From assembly GCA_963848965.1 (NCBI GenBank), contig CAWKFG010000004.1:64001-128000 (forward strand): a stretch of 64,000 nt of DNA, given 5' to 3'. Positions 1-11,204 of the stretch are shown here, piece after piece. The translations under genes and the position numbers were made by a program. Each line of letters starts with the position of its first letter. The first letter of the stretch is position 1. The notes beneath the pieces were generated by a model that saw nothing but the letters and a program-made list of their open reading frames with translations, did no database searches and was not told the DNA's origin. This stretch comes from an uncultured bacterium. Its GTDB lineage: Bacteria > Babelota > Babeliae > Babelales > Babelaceae.

Positions 1-208
1 TTAAAAGTATAGCAAAGAAAAGAAAATTGTCATTTTCTCTAGAGAAAATAACTTCTTATTAAAGAACTCTTTAATAACGAAACTCAAACGCTTGTACAAT
101 GAAAAAAGCTTTAAGGCAGTTCTCCAGCTCATTTTACAATTTGAGTGCAATACGATAAACTATAAAGAGATACACAGAATTTATATGCACCTTACGTAAA
201 ACACACTC

Positions 209-2032
209 ATGGACCCTAAAAAATTAGACTTACAACAGTTTTCTCCCGATAAAATTCGGAATTTCTCGATTATTGCACATATTGATCACGGAAAATCAAC
301 ACTTGCTGATCGGCTTTTAGAAATCACAGGAACACTCTCTACTCGTCATAAGCATGAGCAATTTTTAGATAAGTTGCAGGTAGAGCGTGAACGTGGTATT
401 ACCGTAAAAGCACAATCTGCTTCGATGCTCTATACCTATAATGGTCAAAATTATCTACTGAATTTGATTGATACTCCAGGGCACGTCGACTTTAGCTATG
501 AAGTGTCCCGCTCTTTATATGCCTGTCAAGGAGCAGTATTGCTTGTTGATGCTACACAGGGCGTACAAGCACAGACTATGGCTAACTTTTATCTGGCTTT
601 TGAGCAAGATTTAACCATTGTACCGGTTATTAACAAAATAGATATAGCAAGTGCAGATCCTGCTCGTGTTGCAAAAGAGATGAAACAGCTTTTTGATTTT
701 AATGAAAGCGAGATTTTAAAAGCCTCTGCAAAGACGGGTATTGGAATTACCGATCTTCTTAACAGCGTTATTGAGCGAATACCAGCTCCTCAAAGTACTG
801 TAGATGCGCCACTTAAAGCTCTTTTATTTGATTCATGGTTTGACAGTTATAAAGGAGTTGTCTGTCTTATTGCTCTCAAAGACGGTACTATGAGGCGGGG
901 AGACAAAATTACGCTAGCTCAATTGCAAAGAGATTATGAAGTATTAGAACTTGGTCTTATGTACCCTAATGAAACTCCTCTAGATGCACTCTATGCAGGG
1001 CAGGTAGGCTATGTTATTGCAGGCATGAAGACAGTACAAGAAGCACGAGTGGGTGAAACTATTTATCATAGTAAAAAGCCTGTTGTACCATTTCCTGGAT
1101 TTAAGCCTGCAAAGCCAATGGTATTTGCTGGTATTTTTCCTGTAGAAAATGAAGATTTTGATGTCTTACGTGACTCAATTGAAAAGCTTACACTTAACGA
1201 TGCAAGTGTAAAAGTAGAAAAGAAAAATTCTACAGCGCTTGGCCTTGGTTTTAGATGTGGCTTTTTAGGCTTATTACATATGGACGTATTCAAGCAACGT
1301 CTTGAGCAAGAATATGGACTTTCAGTTATTATTACAGCACCAAGCGTGTTATACAAAATAAAATTAGCATATACTAACGAAATGATAAGTATTGAAAGTC
1401 CATCAGATTTTCCTGATCCGCAAAAGATAGACACTGTATACGAGCCTGTTATTGATGCTACTATTATTATGCCAAAAATGTATTTAGGCTCTATTATAAA
1501 ACTGTGTCAAGATAAACGGGGCGTACAGCAAGGTCTTGAATATTTAAATGAAGACCGCATAATATTACGGTATCGGCTTCCTTTAAATGAAGTTGCTACC
1601 GATTTTTATGACCAGTTAAAATCATTAACATCGGGATATGCAAGTCTTGATTATGAAGAATCAGATTATCAAGCAAGCGATTTAGTAAAAATGGATATCT
1701 TGCTTAACGGTAAGCCTGTTGATGCACTTTCTACTATTGTACACAGAGAGAGTGCTTACAATGTTGGTAGAGAGCTTGCTGAAAAATTGAGAAAAGTTAT
1801 TCCACGGCAGCTTTTTGAAATTGTTATTCAAGCTGCTATTGGAGCTAAGATTCTAGCACGAGAGTCAATTTCAGCACTGCGCAAAAACGTAACAGCTAAA
1901 TGTTATGGTGGTGATATTACTCGTAAACGTAAATTACTTGAAAAACAAAAAGAAGGTAAAAAGAAAATGAAACAAGTTGGTAACGTAGAAGTACCGCAAG
2001 AAGCATTCTTAACCATACTTAAAAAAGAGTAA
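209..2032 (+). CDS. lepA: Translation factor 4 (LepA/GUF1) GTPase
   Basis: RNFSIIAHIDHGKSTLADR, DTPGHVDF, NKID and C-terminal AKCYGGDITRKRKLLEKQKEGKKKMK motifs. Confidence 0.98.
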   Translation: MDPKKLDLQQFSPDKIRNFSIIAHIDHGKSTLADRLLEITGTLSTRHKHEQFLDKLQVERERGITVKAQSASMLYTYNGQNYLLNLIDTPGHVDFSYEVSRSLYACQGAVLLVDATQGVQAQTMANFYLAFEQDLTIVPVINKIDIASADPARVAKEMKQLFDFNESEILKASAKTGIGITDLLNSVIERIPAPQSTVDAPLKALLFDSWFDSYKGVVCLIALKDGTMRRGDKITLAQLQRDYEVLELGLMYPNETPLDALYAGQVGYVIAGMKTVQEARVGETIYHSKKPVVPFPGFKPAKPMVFAGIFPVENEDFDVLRDSIEKLTLNDASVKVEKKNSTALGLGFRCGFLGLLHMDVFKQRLEQEYGLSVIITAPSVLYKIKLAYTNEMISIESPSDFPDPQKIDTVYEPVIDATIIMPKMYLGSIIKLCQDKRGVQQGLEYLNEDRIILRYRLPLNEVATDFYDQLKSLTSGYASLDYEESDYQASDLVKMDILLNGKPVDALSTIVHRESAYNVGRELAEKLRKVIPRQLFEIVIQAAIGAKILARESISALRKNVTAKCYGGDITRKRKLLEKQKEGKKKMKQVGNVEVPQEAFLTILKKE

Positions 2033-2038
2033 AGTATC

Positions 2039-3130
2039 ATGACTCCACATGAACGTGACGCAGATGCTCGTTCCCATTTATTTTCAGGTAATGTCTTTAT
2101 TTTTCACAGCTTTGATGTGGGTGAAGACATTAACCTCGAGCGCGTAAAAGATCTTCAGCTTCTTTTACGACGTCCTTTGATTCTCTCAAAGTATTTTAAA
2201 AATTATCATATTCCCCTTGCAGTAGAGCTTCCACATCCTCATACAAGCTCGCGCTGCGTAAGTGCCAAGTTACATAACTTTGGTGTTATTTCACTTGCTT
2301 ATAAAATACCATTTCGTGAAACACTTGATGATTTACGAACGCATATTAATGGTATTGAAGATGAATATCGTGAACAAAGTGTTATTGATGCAGGCTCTCT
2401 TTTTAAAAAAATAAAGTCTGAGATCAAGCAGCCGAAGTTTTTTCACTTACGAAGATCATATGTATTAATTCAAGTTGACCCAGATTCTGCATTAGATATT
2501 GTACAGCTTAAAGAGCGGTACGGCGGCATTATTGCTTCTACATTGCGTTTTGAAACTGAGTCACTGTCTGAATATCAAAAGAATGAGATTCTTGACTCTG
2601 CGATTGGTTATTATCGTGGTGATCTTATTATCATAGATACTGAAGCCGCATTCATTTATGATGATGAATATGAAGAATTTTTAGATCTTTTTGAGTTTGC
2701 AAATATGCAGCAACTTGAATTGCAGTACTTTGACAGAGTATTAGATCAACAATTGAACGCTGTGTATGAACGAGAGATTAAAAAGCTGCCATTACGCTCC
2801 TATTTACCTTTTGTAGGTACATTACGGAGTGACCTAGTGAGCGATCTTGGTAAATTAAAGGTAGATATTTCAGTAATTACTGAACGACTTGAAAATAGTA
2901 TTAAACTTGCAGGTGAAGCCTATTACTCTGAGCTTTATAGCCTCCTTGTTGAAAAACTTGATATAGGAAACTGGCGCGAATCTATTACTCGTAAACTTGA
3001 AATTATTATTGACGTACGAACAGTCTATGAAAATAAGGTTGAAGCATTACGAGAGGATCTTCTTTCAGTTCTTATTATCGTTCTTATTTTTATTGAGCTT
3101 GTAGTGGGTATTTTACACTACTTTAAATAG
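2039..3130 (+). CDS. RMD1/DUF155-like membrane-anchored protein
   Basis: ELQYFDRVLD, ITERLENSIKLAGEAYYSELY, WRESITRKLE and C-terminal TM helix LIIVLIFIEL. Confidence 0.65.
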   Translation: MTPHERDADARSHLFSGNVFIFHSFDVGEDINLERVKDLQLLLRRPLILSKYFKNYHIPLAVELPHPHTSSRCVSAKLHNFGVISLAYKIPFRETLDDLRTHINGIEDEYREQSVIDAGSLFKKIKSEIKQPKFFHLRRSYVLIQVDPDSALDIVQLKERYGGIIASTLRFETESLSEYQKNEILDSAIGYYRGDLIIIDTEAAFIYDDEYEEFLDLFEFANMQQLELQYFDRVLDQQLNAVYEREIKKLPLRSYLPFVGTLRSDLVSDLGKLKVDISVITERLENSIKLAGEAYYSELYSLLVEKLDIGNWRESITRKLEIIIDVRTVYENKVEALREDLLSVLIIVLIFIELVVGILHYFK

Positions 3131-3178
3131 ATGTATAACGTAGTAAATGCTCTAGACTATGCCATTGAATAAAAAACA

Positions 3179-3202
3179 TGAGGCACCCTATAGGGTGCCT
3201 CA
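3179..3202. terminator. Palindromic hairpin between convergent genes
   Basis: TGAGGCACCCTATAGGGTGCCTCA is a perfect 24-bp palindrome. Confidence 0.7.
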
Positions 3203-3225
3203 CTAATTTTCACTTTAAGCTATGC

Positions 3226-3651
3226 TTAACGGGTAGCTGCTCTACGCCCTTCTTCTCTTGATTCCCCAGCGCCAAACATCTCTTTTATTCTTCCGAGTAC
3301 ACCTTTTGGTTCTTCTTTTCTTGTTCCTCTATCATCTCTTCTATCTTCTCTTCTGCGGTCATCTCTTCTTCTAAAGTCTCTTCTTAATCTATCAAAGAAA
3401 CCTCTACCTTCAAGTCTATGTTGTGCTCGTTTAAGATTAGATTCAGCACGGCTGATAAAATCAGCTTTAGCTCTACGAGCTTTTAAGCAACGACCAACTT
3501 CTTGCCAAAATGCAACAGTTTGTCTTCTACGTTCTGTTCTACTTTCTTTTTTCGGTCTCGTATCTCGAGTTGATCGTGTTTGTGCAAAGATCTCAGAGTA
3601 GGTTATGAAAGATGTTCCAACGAGGGCTACAAAAAGAATAGTTCTTTTCAT
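3226..3651 (-). CDS. Arg-rich secreted hypothetical protein
   Basis: AAGGAG RBS, N-terminal signal peptide, low-complexity R/D/E region. Confidence 0.7.
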   Translation of the reverse strand: MKRTILFVALVGTSFITYSEIFAQTRSTRDTRPKKESRTERRRQTVAFWQEVGRCLKARRAKADFISRAESNLKRAQHRLEGRGFFDRLRRDFRRRDDRRREDRRDDRGTRKEEPKGVLGRIKEMFGAGESREEGRRAATR

Positions 3652-3965
3652 GTGATTCTCCTTATATAGGCTATTTATTTTACTTTTATCTATCTTTTTT
3701 ACTTTAAATTATTTACTAATTGAAAATCAAGAAAGAGTATCTTTTTTGCATTTTTTCAAGAAATACTCCTCAAGGGCTAAGTTCTTCATTGTTCTCAATA
3801 ACATCTATAAAAGCACTCTTAGGGGTAAAGGTGGGAAGAAGTCTACTAACATCAGACACAATAACCCCTTACCTTGAAGAAAATTCATATTACAATTTGA
3901 CAAATTTTACTAGTGCTATAGAATGGTTCTTATGTTATGTGTTGAACGTTATTAAGAAAGTATAT

Positions 3966-6218
3966 ATGAACTATAAATTAGCCATTTTTGGCATTCTTTG
4001 TGCTCTTAGCTTCTCTTGCCTTAGTATGAAAAGGACTCATGAAGAAGATGACCAACAGCCTGCTAAAAAGCAAGCTACTTTTACTTCATCACAAGTAGCT
4101 CTTATAAAAAGCATTATTGAACAGGATACTGAACAAATAAAAGCATTGTGGGCACAACAGCAAGATTGGCAAAGTTTATTACTAGGATGCGCTTACGCAT
4201 TACGCTCCGGTAAACAAGAAATCCTAAAAACTCTCATTGCATTAAATCTAAGAGATGCGCATGGCAAAACCATTTTAATAACAGCAGTTATAACAGGACA
4301 GATTCAATTCGTCTCAGCTCTTATTGCATCTGGTGCTGATGTTAATGCACAAGATATATTCGGCTGGACACCGCTCTTTTACGCACTACATTATGGCAAT
4401 AAAGCACTTGTACAACTGCTTCTTAACGCTGGAGCTTCTACAACTATAGCTGATCCTTTTGGTTATGCATGTAGTTATCTCGATATCTTATTACAATCAA
4501 GCAAAAAAAAATCGTGGAATACCATGGAACGGCTCCTTGAAGCTATAGAAACAAAGCATAGATATGTTGAAGGAAATGCCTACGACACTACTCCTGATAT
4601 GCATACGGCTATTTCAGGGCTTATGATCGCTGCAGCACATGGCAATAAAGAGCTTGTAGAACTTTTTCTCCAAACTGATTGTGATATAGATGACGAATCA
4701 TTAGCAGGTTCTGCACTTATTCTTGCTTATAAACATGGACAAAATGATATAGTCAGAATGCTTTTAGAAAAAGGCGCAGAGATAAATGCAGTAGACTACG
4801 ACGAGGCTACAGTGCTCGCATTAGCCGCAGCTAAAAATGATACAGAAATGGTAGAAGATCTTATACAAGCAGGAGCAGATGTTAATGAAGGATCAACTCT
4901 TCATAAAGCTGCCGAAACTGGACAAACATCTATGGTTAAACTACTACTTAATCGAGGAGCAGATGCAACACAACGAGGTCACTGCTACCGACATGGAACA
5001 CCCCTTCACCTTGCTGTAATGGAGGGTTATTTAGACACTGTTAATACTCTTCTTGAAGCAGGAATAGATCCTGATATTCAAGATGGGACTGGCTTTCCCC
5101 CTCTTGTTCATGCAGTAAATGATCACCACAAAGACATAATAAAAAGATTTTTAGAAGTAAGTAAAAATCTTGATTTCAAGCTTCTTGCTGCTGCATATAT
5201 AGGAGATACCGCACTGGTTAAAAGCCTTCTTGACCAAGGAGCAAATATTAACATTGAAGGTATTCTCGCAATGACTCCTCTCATTATAGCAGCTGAAGAA
5301 AACCATAACGACGTTGTTAAAGTATTGCTTGAGCACGGAGCTCACTTTGTCCCAGCTAACAATGCAGGTGATGATGTATATTGGGCAAGCCCCTTAAGCG
5401 CTGCCGCTGCTGAAGGAAATATAGAGCTTATACATACTCTTATAGCTTCTGGTGATCCCTTACGAGATAATGCTCTTGTTCGAGCTATCGATGAAGGTAA
5501 TTTTAAGGCAGCTCTCACGCTTTTGGCATATGGAGCAAATCCTACATTCGACCAAGATCCTCAAGTTAGCAGATCAGCACTAGAATTGGCCGAACGCCCA
5601 GCCTCTAAAGATCTTCATTTTATTTGTACAATGTGCACAAATGCAGAAATTCAGGAGTATATTAAAAGTCCTGGTGAATGTACCGCTAGGTTTATAAATA
5701 CTTGTGTCCAGAATAACAATCTCATATGCGATAGCACGTATCATCAATCACCACTAGTATGGGCATGTATCTTTGATCACAAGGAAATTGTACAATTATT
5801 GATTGATGAATGTAAAAAATATCCTCTTTTAAGAGCTCTGTTTAATAGCAAAGATGTTCAAGGCAGAACCCCTTTAATGTATGCCATCATTTGCCAAAGT
5901 TATGAAATAGCGGAACTTTTGTTATCAGTAGGTGACACATTATCAGATACCTCTATAATAGATGTAAACAAAAGAGATAAAGATGACAATACCGCTCTTT
6001 ATTATGCCGTTAAAGCAGGTAACTTAAGACTTGTCAATGCTCTTTTAAATGCTGGTGCTAAAGTACAAACAAAATGTATTGAACTTGCAGCACAAATGTA
6101 TAACAAAGAGATAATGATTAATCTGCTTTTTGCCTCTGCTAAAACATTTGGCGCTTTAGCAAATAATCCTGCTCATACTCAAGCTCAAGAAAAGCTTCCT
6201 CGCCTCTTTAAAACATAA
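3966..6218 (+). CDS. Secreted ankyrin-repeat protein (likely start 3966, not 3720)
   Basis: Many ankyrin repeats (GKTILITA, GWTPLFYA, GTPLHLA, GRTPLMYA); signal peptide MNYKLAIFGILCALSFSCLS begins at 3966. Confidence 0.9.
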   Translation: MNYKLAIFGILCALSFSCLSMKRTHEEDDQQPAKKQATFTSSQVALIKSIIEQDTEQIKALWAQQQDWQSLLLGCAYALRSGKQEILKTLIALNLRDAHGKTILITAVITGQIQFVSALIASGADVNAQDIFGWTPLFYALHYGNKALVQLLLNAGASTTIADPFGYACSYLDILLQSSKKKSWNTMERLLEAIETKHRYVEGNAYDTTPDMHTAISGLMIAAAHGNKELVELFLQTDCDIDDESLAGSALILAYKHGQNDIVRMLLEKGAEINAVDYDEATVLALAAAKNDTEMVEDLIQAGADVNEGSTLHKAAETGQTSMVKLLLNRGADATQRGHCYRHGTPLHLAVMEGYLDTVNTLLEAGIDPDIQDGTGFPPLVHAVNDHHKDIIKRFLEVSKNLDFKLLAAAYIGDTALVKSLLDQGANINIEGILAMTPLIIAAEENHNDVVKVLLEHGAHFVPANNAGDDVYWASPLSAAAAEGNIELIHTLIASGDPLRDNALVRAIDEGNFKAALTLLAYGANPTFDQDPQVSRSALELAERPASKDLHFICTMCTNAEIQEYIKSPGECTARFINTCVQNNNLICDSTYHQSPLVWACIFDHKEIVQLLIDECKKYPLLRALFNSKDVQGRTPLMYAIICQSYEIAELLLSVGDTLSDTSIIDVNKRDKDDNTALYYAVKAGNLRLVNALLNAGAKVQTKCIELAAQMYNKEIMINLLFASAKTFGALANNPAHTQAQEKLPRLFKT

Positions 6219-6238
6219 CTACCAGAATAACTTCATAT

Positions 6239-6273
6239 AAAAAGGCTCTGGTTTATTTGCCAGAGCCTTTTTT
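6239..6273. terminator. Bidirectional intrinsic terminator
   Basis: AAAAAGGCTCTGG-loop-CCAGAGCCTTTTT between convergent ankyrin genes. Confidence 0.85.
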
Positions 6274-6288
6274 GTACTATAGTATCTA

Positions 6289-8511
6289 CTACTTGAAAAG
6301 AGCCGCATAAGGGCTTCCGTCTTCTTTCTTCTGCATTGATAAAAGAAGTATAATAGTTATTTCTTTATACTCTAGCTCTGTGGCTAGTTTAAGAGCAGGT
6401 ATCCTTAACGTATAGAACGGGTTAAGAGCAAGGATCTCATGAACTAAGTATATATCATTATGTAAGACAGCATGTGTTAAAGTTGAATGTAATAAAACAC
6501 TAGAGGGTGTACTTGGATAGCAAACTTCCTCAAAAGCTTGCACATTAATACCACTTTTTACAAGAGGAAGAAGTAATCGTATGCATTCTTTGTTCTTATG
6601 CCTTATAGCATAGATTAAAGCAGTATAACCACTTTTATCCTGAGCATTGATATACCATTGAGGAGGGTTACATGCAAGAAGCTTTTTCACGTTCTGAGTA
6701 TGGCCAAGTATACATGCCCACATAAGTACTGTTTGATGAAAACAATTATTATGCGCCTGAGGAGTCTCTGGATATACAAGCGCACCCTTAACACATGTTC
6801 TTAAGTATCTATTTTTACTCAAAAATTGTGTCGTATACCAGTCAATATACCGATCTGGATCATCTGCATAATTTTTAAACCCTTCATTCATATAAAACTT
6901 AATAAGTGCCTGTGGCTCATCCCAGACTTCCCTGCTAAACCATTTCATAGCTTTATAAACAGAAGCATTATGTGCAAGTAAGAGACTTATATTCTTTAGA
7001 TTTCTATACTCTGCAGCGTACACAAGAGCTGTTTTACGCTTATAATCCTTAAATTGTGTATCTGCACCTGCTTGTAGCAAAAGGTTTGTTATGCCATTAT
7101 TTTCACCTTTGCGTACTGAATGTATGAGCGCAGTAGCTAGTTTATGATCATCGGTTACATTTAAGTCTGCTCCTCTTTCTATGAGTATACGCACAACATC
7201 AGTATGCCCATTTCGCACTGTACTTATAAGAGGAGTCTCAGGATCGTCTCTATCTCCATTAATTTCTGCCTTATGATCAAGCAATAAATTTACTATATCT
7301 ACAAAACCGTTGCTAGCTGCAACTTCAAGGAGTAAGCGAGAATCGCTCGTATATAAATTAGGCGAAATCCCCTTTTTTAAGAAGAGAGATACAAGAGCTT
7401 TATATCCTTCTTCTACCGCCAATATAAGCGCTAGTTCTTCTCTTTTAAGACCTTCCAGCTCCTTATAGATGCCACTCTTTTCAACTTCATAATGCCTTTT
7501 CATAAGTGCTCGTAGTTCATGAATAACCTTATCGTTTTTACATTGAAGAAAAGCTTCATGGCCTATAAGCTCAACTGCATAATGATCAAGTAAAGGATAG
7601 GTAATTTCTTGATTACTTTTCTTTAAAGCCCAATCTAGAGCATTAAAACCTTGAGCATTACAGATCTTTGCATCAGCTCCTTTCTGCATAAGCAAGGCTA
7701 CAATTTCAGGACAATTTCTATCTACAGCGATCATCAAAGCTGTTTTTCCAGTAGTATTTTCTAGACTATTAATAGGTACCCCAGATGTAATAAGTTCATG
7801 CACTAATTCTTTGGCATTAAGATATACCGCTGCAAATAAAAGAATACATGCATCTGACTGTAGTACTTGGCCGATAAGGTCTTCTAGGTCTTTAGAAGAG
7901 TATAAAGAAGCTAAACTTATAGTAGATATATCTTTGTCTTTTACTATATGCTTTAAAATCACCGCAGCACACATACTATCCCCTTTTTCAAGAGCAGAGT
8001 GTAAAGCATCAGAAAGAACGTTCTGTCTGTCTGCAACCTTATATTCAAAAAGCAAATCTACTATTTCAGCATCTCTTTTTTCTAAAGCATAATACAGTGC
8101 ATTATGCTCCATTTCATTTTGCATGTGTACTAGAGCACCAGCTTTAAGCAGTGTGTGTACAATACCTCTATACCCATTTTTTACAGCAAGAATAAGCGGC
8201 GAATTACCATATTGATCTGTTTCATTACTATTTGCACCAGCATTAATAAGCCTTGTTACAAGTTCTTCATAACCATTTGTTGCCGCAAATGTAAGAGCTG
8301 TATCTCCTACAAAATCATGATTATTACTATCTTCATCACCTTGCAAAGCTCGATTAACTCTCTCTACTGTCCATTCTGACCATGACTCAATAAAGTGGTC
8401 ACCACCTTTTCTACATATTCTCTTATACGGTGGCGTTACATTTTTATTGTTTTCTCTTTTCATGCTATAAGTACTAAAACTAAAAAGCATTATACATAGG
8501 TATATAAGCAT
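6289..8511 (-). CDS. Secreted ankyrin-repeat protein
   Basis: GDTALTFAA, GNSPLILAV, GKTALMIAV, ETPLISTV, GYTALIYA repeats; N-terminal signal peptide. Confidence 0.92.
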   Translation of the reverse strand: MLIYLCIMLFSFSTYSMKRENNKNVTPPYKRICRKGGDHFIESWSEWTVERVNRALQGDEDSNNHDFVGDTALTFAATNGYEELVTRLINAGANSNETDQYGNSPLILAVKNGYRGIVHTLLKAGALVHMQNEMEHNALYYALEKRDAEIVDLLFEYKVADRQNVLSDALHSALEKGDSMCAAVILKHIVKDKDISTISLASLYSSKDLEDLIGQVLQSDACILLFAAVYLNAKELVHELITSGVPINSLENTTGKTALMIAVDRNCPEIVALLMQKGADAKICNAQGFNALDWALKKSNQEITYPLLDHYAVELIGHEAFLQCKNDKVIHELRALMKRHYEVEKSGIYKELEGLKREELALILAVEEGYKALVSLFLKKGISPNLYTSDSRLLLEVAASNGFVDIVNLLLDHKAEINGDRDDPETPLISTVRNGHTDVVRILIERGADLNVTDDHKLATALIHSVRKGENNGITNLLLQAGADTQFKDYKRKTALVYAAEYRNLKNISLLLAHNASVYKAMKWFSREVWDEPQALIKFYMNEGFKNYADDPDRYIDWYTTQFLSKNRYLRTCVKGALVYPETPQAHNNCFHQTVLMWACILGHTQNVKKLLACNPPQWYINAQDKSGYTALIYAIRHKNKECIRLLLPLVKSGINVQAFEEVCYPSTPSSVLLHSTLTHAVLHNDIYLVHEILALNPFYTLRIPALKLATELEYKEITIILLLSMQKKEDGSPYAALFK

Positions 8512-8585
8512 ATTTTTTCCTATTTTAATTTTATTTTTTCAAAGATACTAATAAGCATAGAGAAAAAGAACATTTTGTAAAGAAA

Positions 8586-9113
8586 TTACTCTGCTACACT
8601 TACTTGAGCAGGTCGCAGGACATGTCCTTTATGACGGTACCCTTTTTTAAACACAGAAACAATGGAGCCCGATGACTTATCTGATTTCACTTGCATGATT
8701 GCTTCATGAATTTCAGGATCAAACATATCAGTTTCTGTTATTTCTTCTACCTCATGTTTTTTCAAAAATTTCTGGAATGATTTAGTAATAAGTTCAATAC
8801 CAACAAGATGTGATGTAATTTCTGCAGGCAGTTCTTGTAGACGTAATTGCTCTAATGCTCGTTCAAAATCATCAACAATAGGCAAGATATCATCTATAAC
8901 TGTTTCTTGCCCATGGGCTATCCATTGAACTCGCTCTTTTTCAACACGCCTTCTAAAATTATCAAATTCCGCTTGTAAGTAGAGTTGGCGTTCACGTGCT
9001 TCTTGTAAAGAAGCGTGACATTCTTGTAACTCAGCCTCACAGCACTGTTCTTTTGTACATGCCTGTGGACAAGAAGATCCATTTTCGTTTTCCATTATAA
9101 GTACCCTATTCAA
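8586..9113 (-). CDS. grpE: Nucleotide exchange factor GrpE
   Basis: AEFDNFRRR, LPIVDDFERAL, FDPEIHEA, GY...VLRPAQVSV. Confidence 0.96.
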   Translation of the reverse strand: MNRVLIMENENGSSCPQACTKEQCCEAELQECHASLQEARERQLYLQAEFDNFRRRVEKERVQWIAHGQETVIDDILPIVDDFERALEQLRLQELPAEITSHLVGIELITKSFQKFLKKHEVEEITETDMFDPEIHEAIMQVKSDKSSGSIVSVFKKGYRHKGHVLRPAQVSVAE

Positions 9114-9172
9114 AATCTACTGTAATAATGCTTTTATCTTTATAATACTCTATTTTGCAAAAATTATGAAGA

Positions 9173-10546
9173 TCAGCGCTCTCTAAACAGCATAAGCCCT
9201 ACTCCATAAGCAAGCGCAGAGACAAGAAGTCCATCAATTTCCGCAGAGATAAGTAACCCTTTTTCAAAAAATAACAGGATAAAGAATGTACCTAGCCCGC
9301 CAAAGACACTCAGATAAGCAGCACGCTTATTTATCCACCATGATTCTTTAGGAGCATAATAGGCAATAAGCAATGGTACTAACAATCCTGAAACGGGCAC
9401 TGCATAACTATCTACAAGTATTTTTATAAGATCACTAAACATAAATGCTAGAAATATTCCAATAGATCCTACTATAAGCATAACACCTTTAGAAATAAGT
9501 AGTTGATGTCGCTTATCAAGAGCAGGCAATTCAAAATCCTGTACAATATTACTACTTATAGCGCATAGTACTGCATTAGCACTAGAAATAATTGCAGCAA
9601 ACACTCCGTATACGACAAGCATAACAACAAGCGTCGGATACAACTGATCAAAATATGAGATTAAAGGACTTGCTGCTTCATTTAACGGGATACCTATCAC
9701 ACGTGCTTTCATACCAAAATATAAGGGGATAAATGCGAAAAGCAGTAAAAACAAGGCTGCAATACCAGCTCCTATTACTGCAAGACGTGAGGTACGTGAT
9801 GCAAAAAATACCTGCGCTAAATCTTGCTCAATCAAAGAATAGAGCGCAGGCATTAAAGGTATCACCATAAGGCGTGAAAGATCTGTTCCCTCTGCAAGCT
9901 TAAAAAATGCATGCTTTGTAAACGCAACACGCCACAACTCTGTAGGATTGCTTACTACATCTATGAAAAAGAGACTTACAAAAACGACAATGATTAACGA
10001 TAGTTGAAAGATATCATTTTGTACAATTGCTCGTAGCCCTCCAAGCATTGCATAGAGAATAATACCCAACCAGAACAAAATAAACACAAAAGCATTATAC
10101 ATTCCTAAAGAAACAAGCAATGTTTTTGAACCAACTACTTGAGCAGCAAAGATTCCACCAAGCGAAATAATAGAACATAATGATGCAACTTTCTTTAAAA
10201 AAGATGAATTATAATGCGTTTGAAAAATCTGCGCTGTCGTTTCAATATTCAACGCCCGCAAACGAGAAGCAATACCAAACGACAAAAGCATAAAACCAGC
10301 GCATACTCCTAACACATACAGTATGCCAAAATATCCTATCATATATGCTTCTTTTGAAGTACCAAGCAAAAACCCTCCCCCTAATTGTGTTGCAATAAGC
10401 GAGATAGTAATTTGAAATAAATTAAGATTTCTACCTGCTAAAAAATAGTCTTCAAGTGATTTTACCGATCGAGAAACAAGATATCCTACCACAAAGTAAA
10501 TAGCACCCAACAAAAGAAAAATTATAAGAAATGCTGTTCTTTCCAT
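9173..10546 (-). CDS. Sodium:solute symporter family transporter
   Basis: DYFLAGR, ATQLGGG, GGLRAIVQND; about 13 hydrophobic segments. Confidence 0.92.
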   Translation of the reverse strand: MERTAFLIIFLLLGAIYFVVGYLVSRSVKSLEDYFLAGRNLNLFQITISLIATQLGGGFLLGTSKEAYMIGYFGILYVLGVCAGFMLLSFGIASRLRALNIETTAQIFQTHYNSSFLKKVASLCSIISLGGIFAAQVVGSKTLLVSLGMYNAFVFILFWLGIILYAMLGGLRAIVQNDIFQLSLIIVVFVSLFFIDVVSNPTELWRVAFTKHAFFKLAEGTDLSRLMVIPLMPALYSLIEQDLAQVFFASRTSRLAVIGAGIAALFLLLFAFIPLYFGMKARVIGIPLNEAASPLISYFDQLYPTLVVMLVVYGVFAAIISSANAVLCAISSNIVQDFELPALDKRHQLLISKGVMLIVGSIGIFLAFMFSDLIKILVDSYAVPVSGLLVPLLIAYYAPKESWWINKRAAYLSVFGGLGTFFILLFFEKGLLISAEIDGLLVSALAYGVGLMLFRER

Positions 10547-10800
10547 AGAGCCTCTTTAAAAAAAATAACACTATTTTGTAGTGTACCATGAGTTTTATGA
10601 TATCTCCAGATCCTCAATATACAAAGGCTAGGGTTGCCTATCCCACTCATTACTTTCTGTCTCTTTGAATAAAAAGCACATAAAAGCTTCAAATCCCGTT
10701 GAGTTTAAGCAGATAGCCACATCAATTATTGACAAATATAAAAACATAGAACCATACTTGGAGTAATATAGTTTAAATAATATCTACTTAAGGAGAATAT

Positions 10801-11112
10801 ATGAAATTTTACGCATTTTTAGCACTAGCGCTTTTAAGCGCTGGTACAGTTTTTGGAATGGAGCTAGTTTTACCAGGACATGTAGTAAAACAGAAACAGA
10901 AGAAAGGGATACAGGAAATAACTCTTGAAGCATCAACACAAGCTGAATATAATGAAATTATGCAAAAACTAAGTAACTTAGCAAAACAACATCCAGGTTC
11001 AGTAGTAGCTGGCAAAGGAGAAAAAGAAGCTCCTGCAGGTACAACACCCATTAGACTATGGGTAAAACCGAAATTTAAGAAGCCTAAAAAGCAAGGAAAG
11101 ATGCAAAAATAA
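10801..11112 (+). CDS. Small secreted Lys-rich hypothetical protein
   Basis: AAGGAG RBS, signal peptide, upstream TTGACA...CATACT promoter-like pair. Confidence 0.75.
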   Translation: MKFYAFLALALLSAGTVFGMELVLPGHVVKQKQKKGIQEITLEASTQAEYNEIMQKLSNLAKQHPGSVVAGKGEKEAPAGTTPIRLWVKPKFKKPKKQGKMQK

Positions 11113-11204
11113 AGGAGTTGCGGTATTCACCCTTATCTATTTACTTAAAGGTCACCACCTTTGTTAATTAGGCAGCAGTGACCTTTTCATATCCTCTAAA
11201 TACC

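Noticed and set aside
3720..3965. N-terminal extension of the ankyrin ORF from the TTG at 3720
   Set aside because: The signal peptide starts at ATG 3966; the extension looks like intergenic sequence
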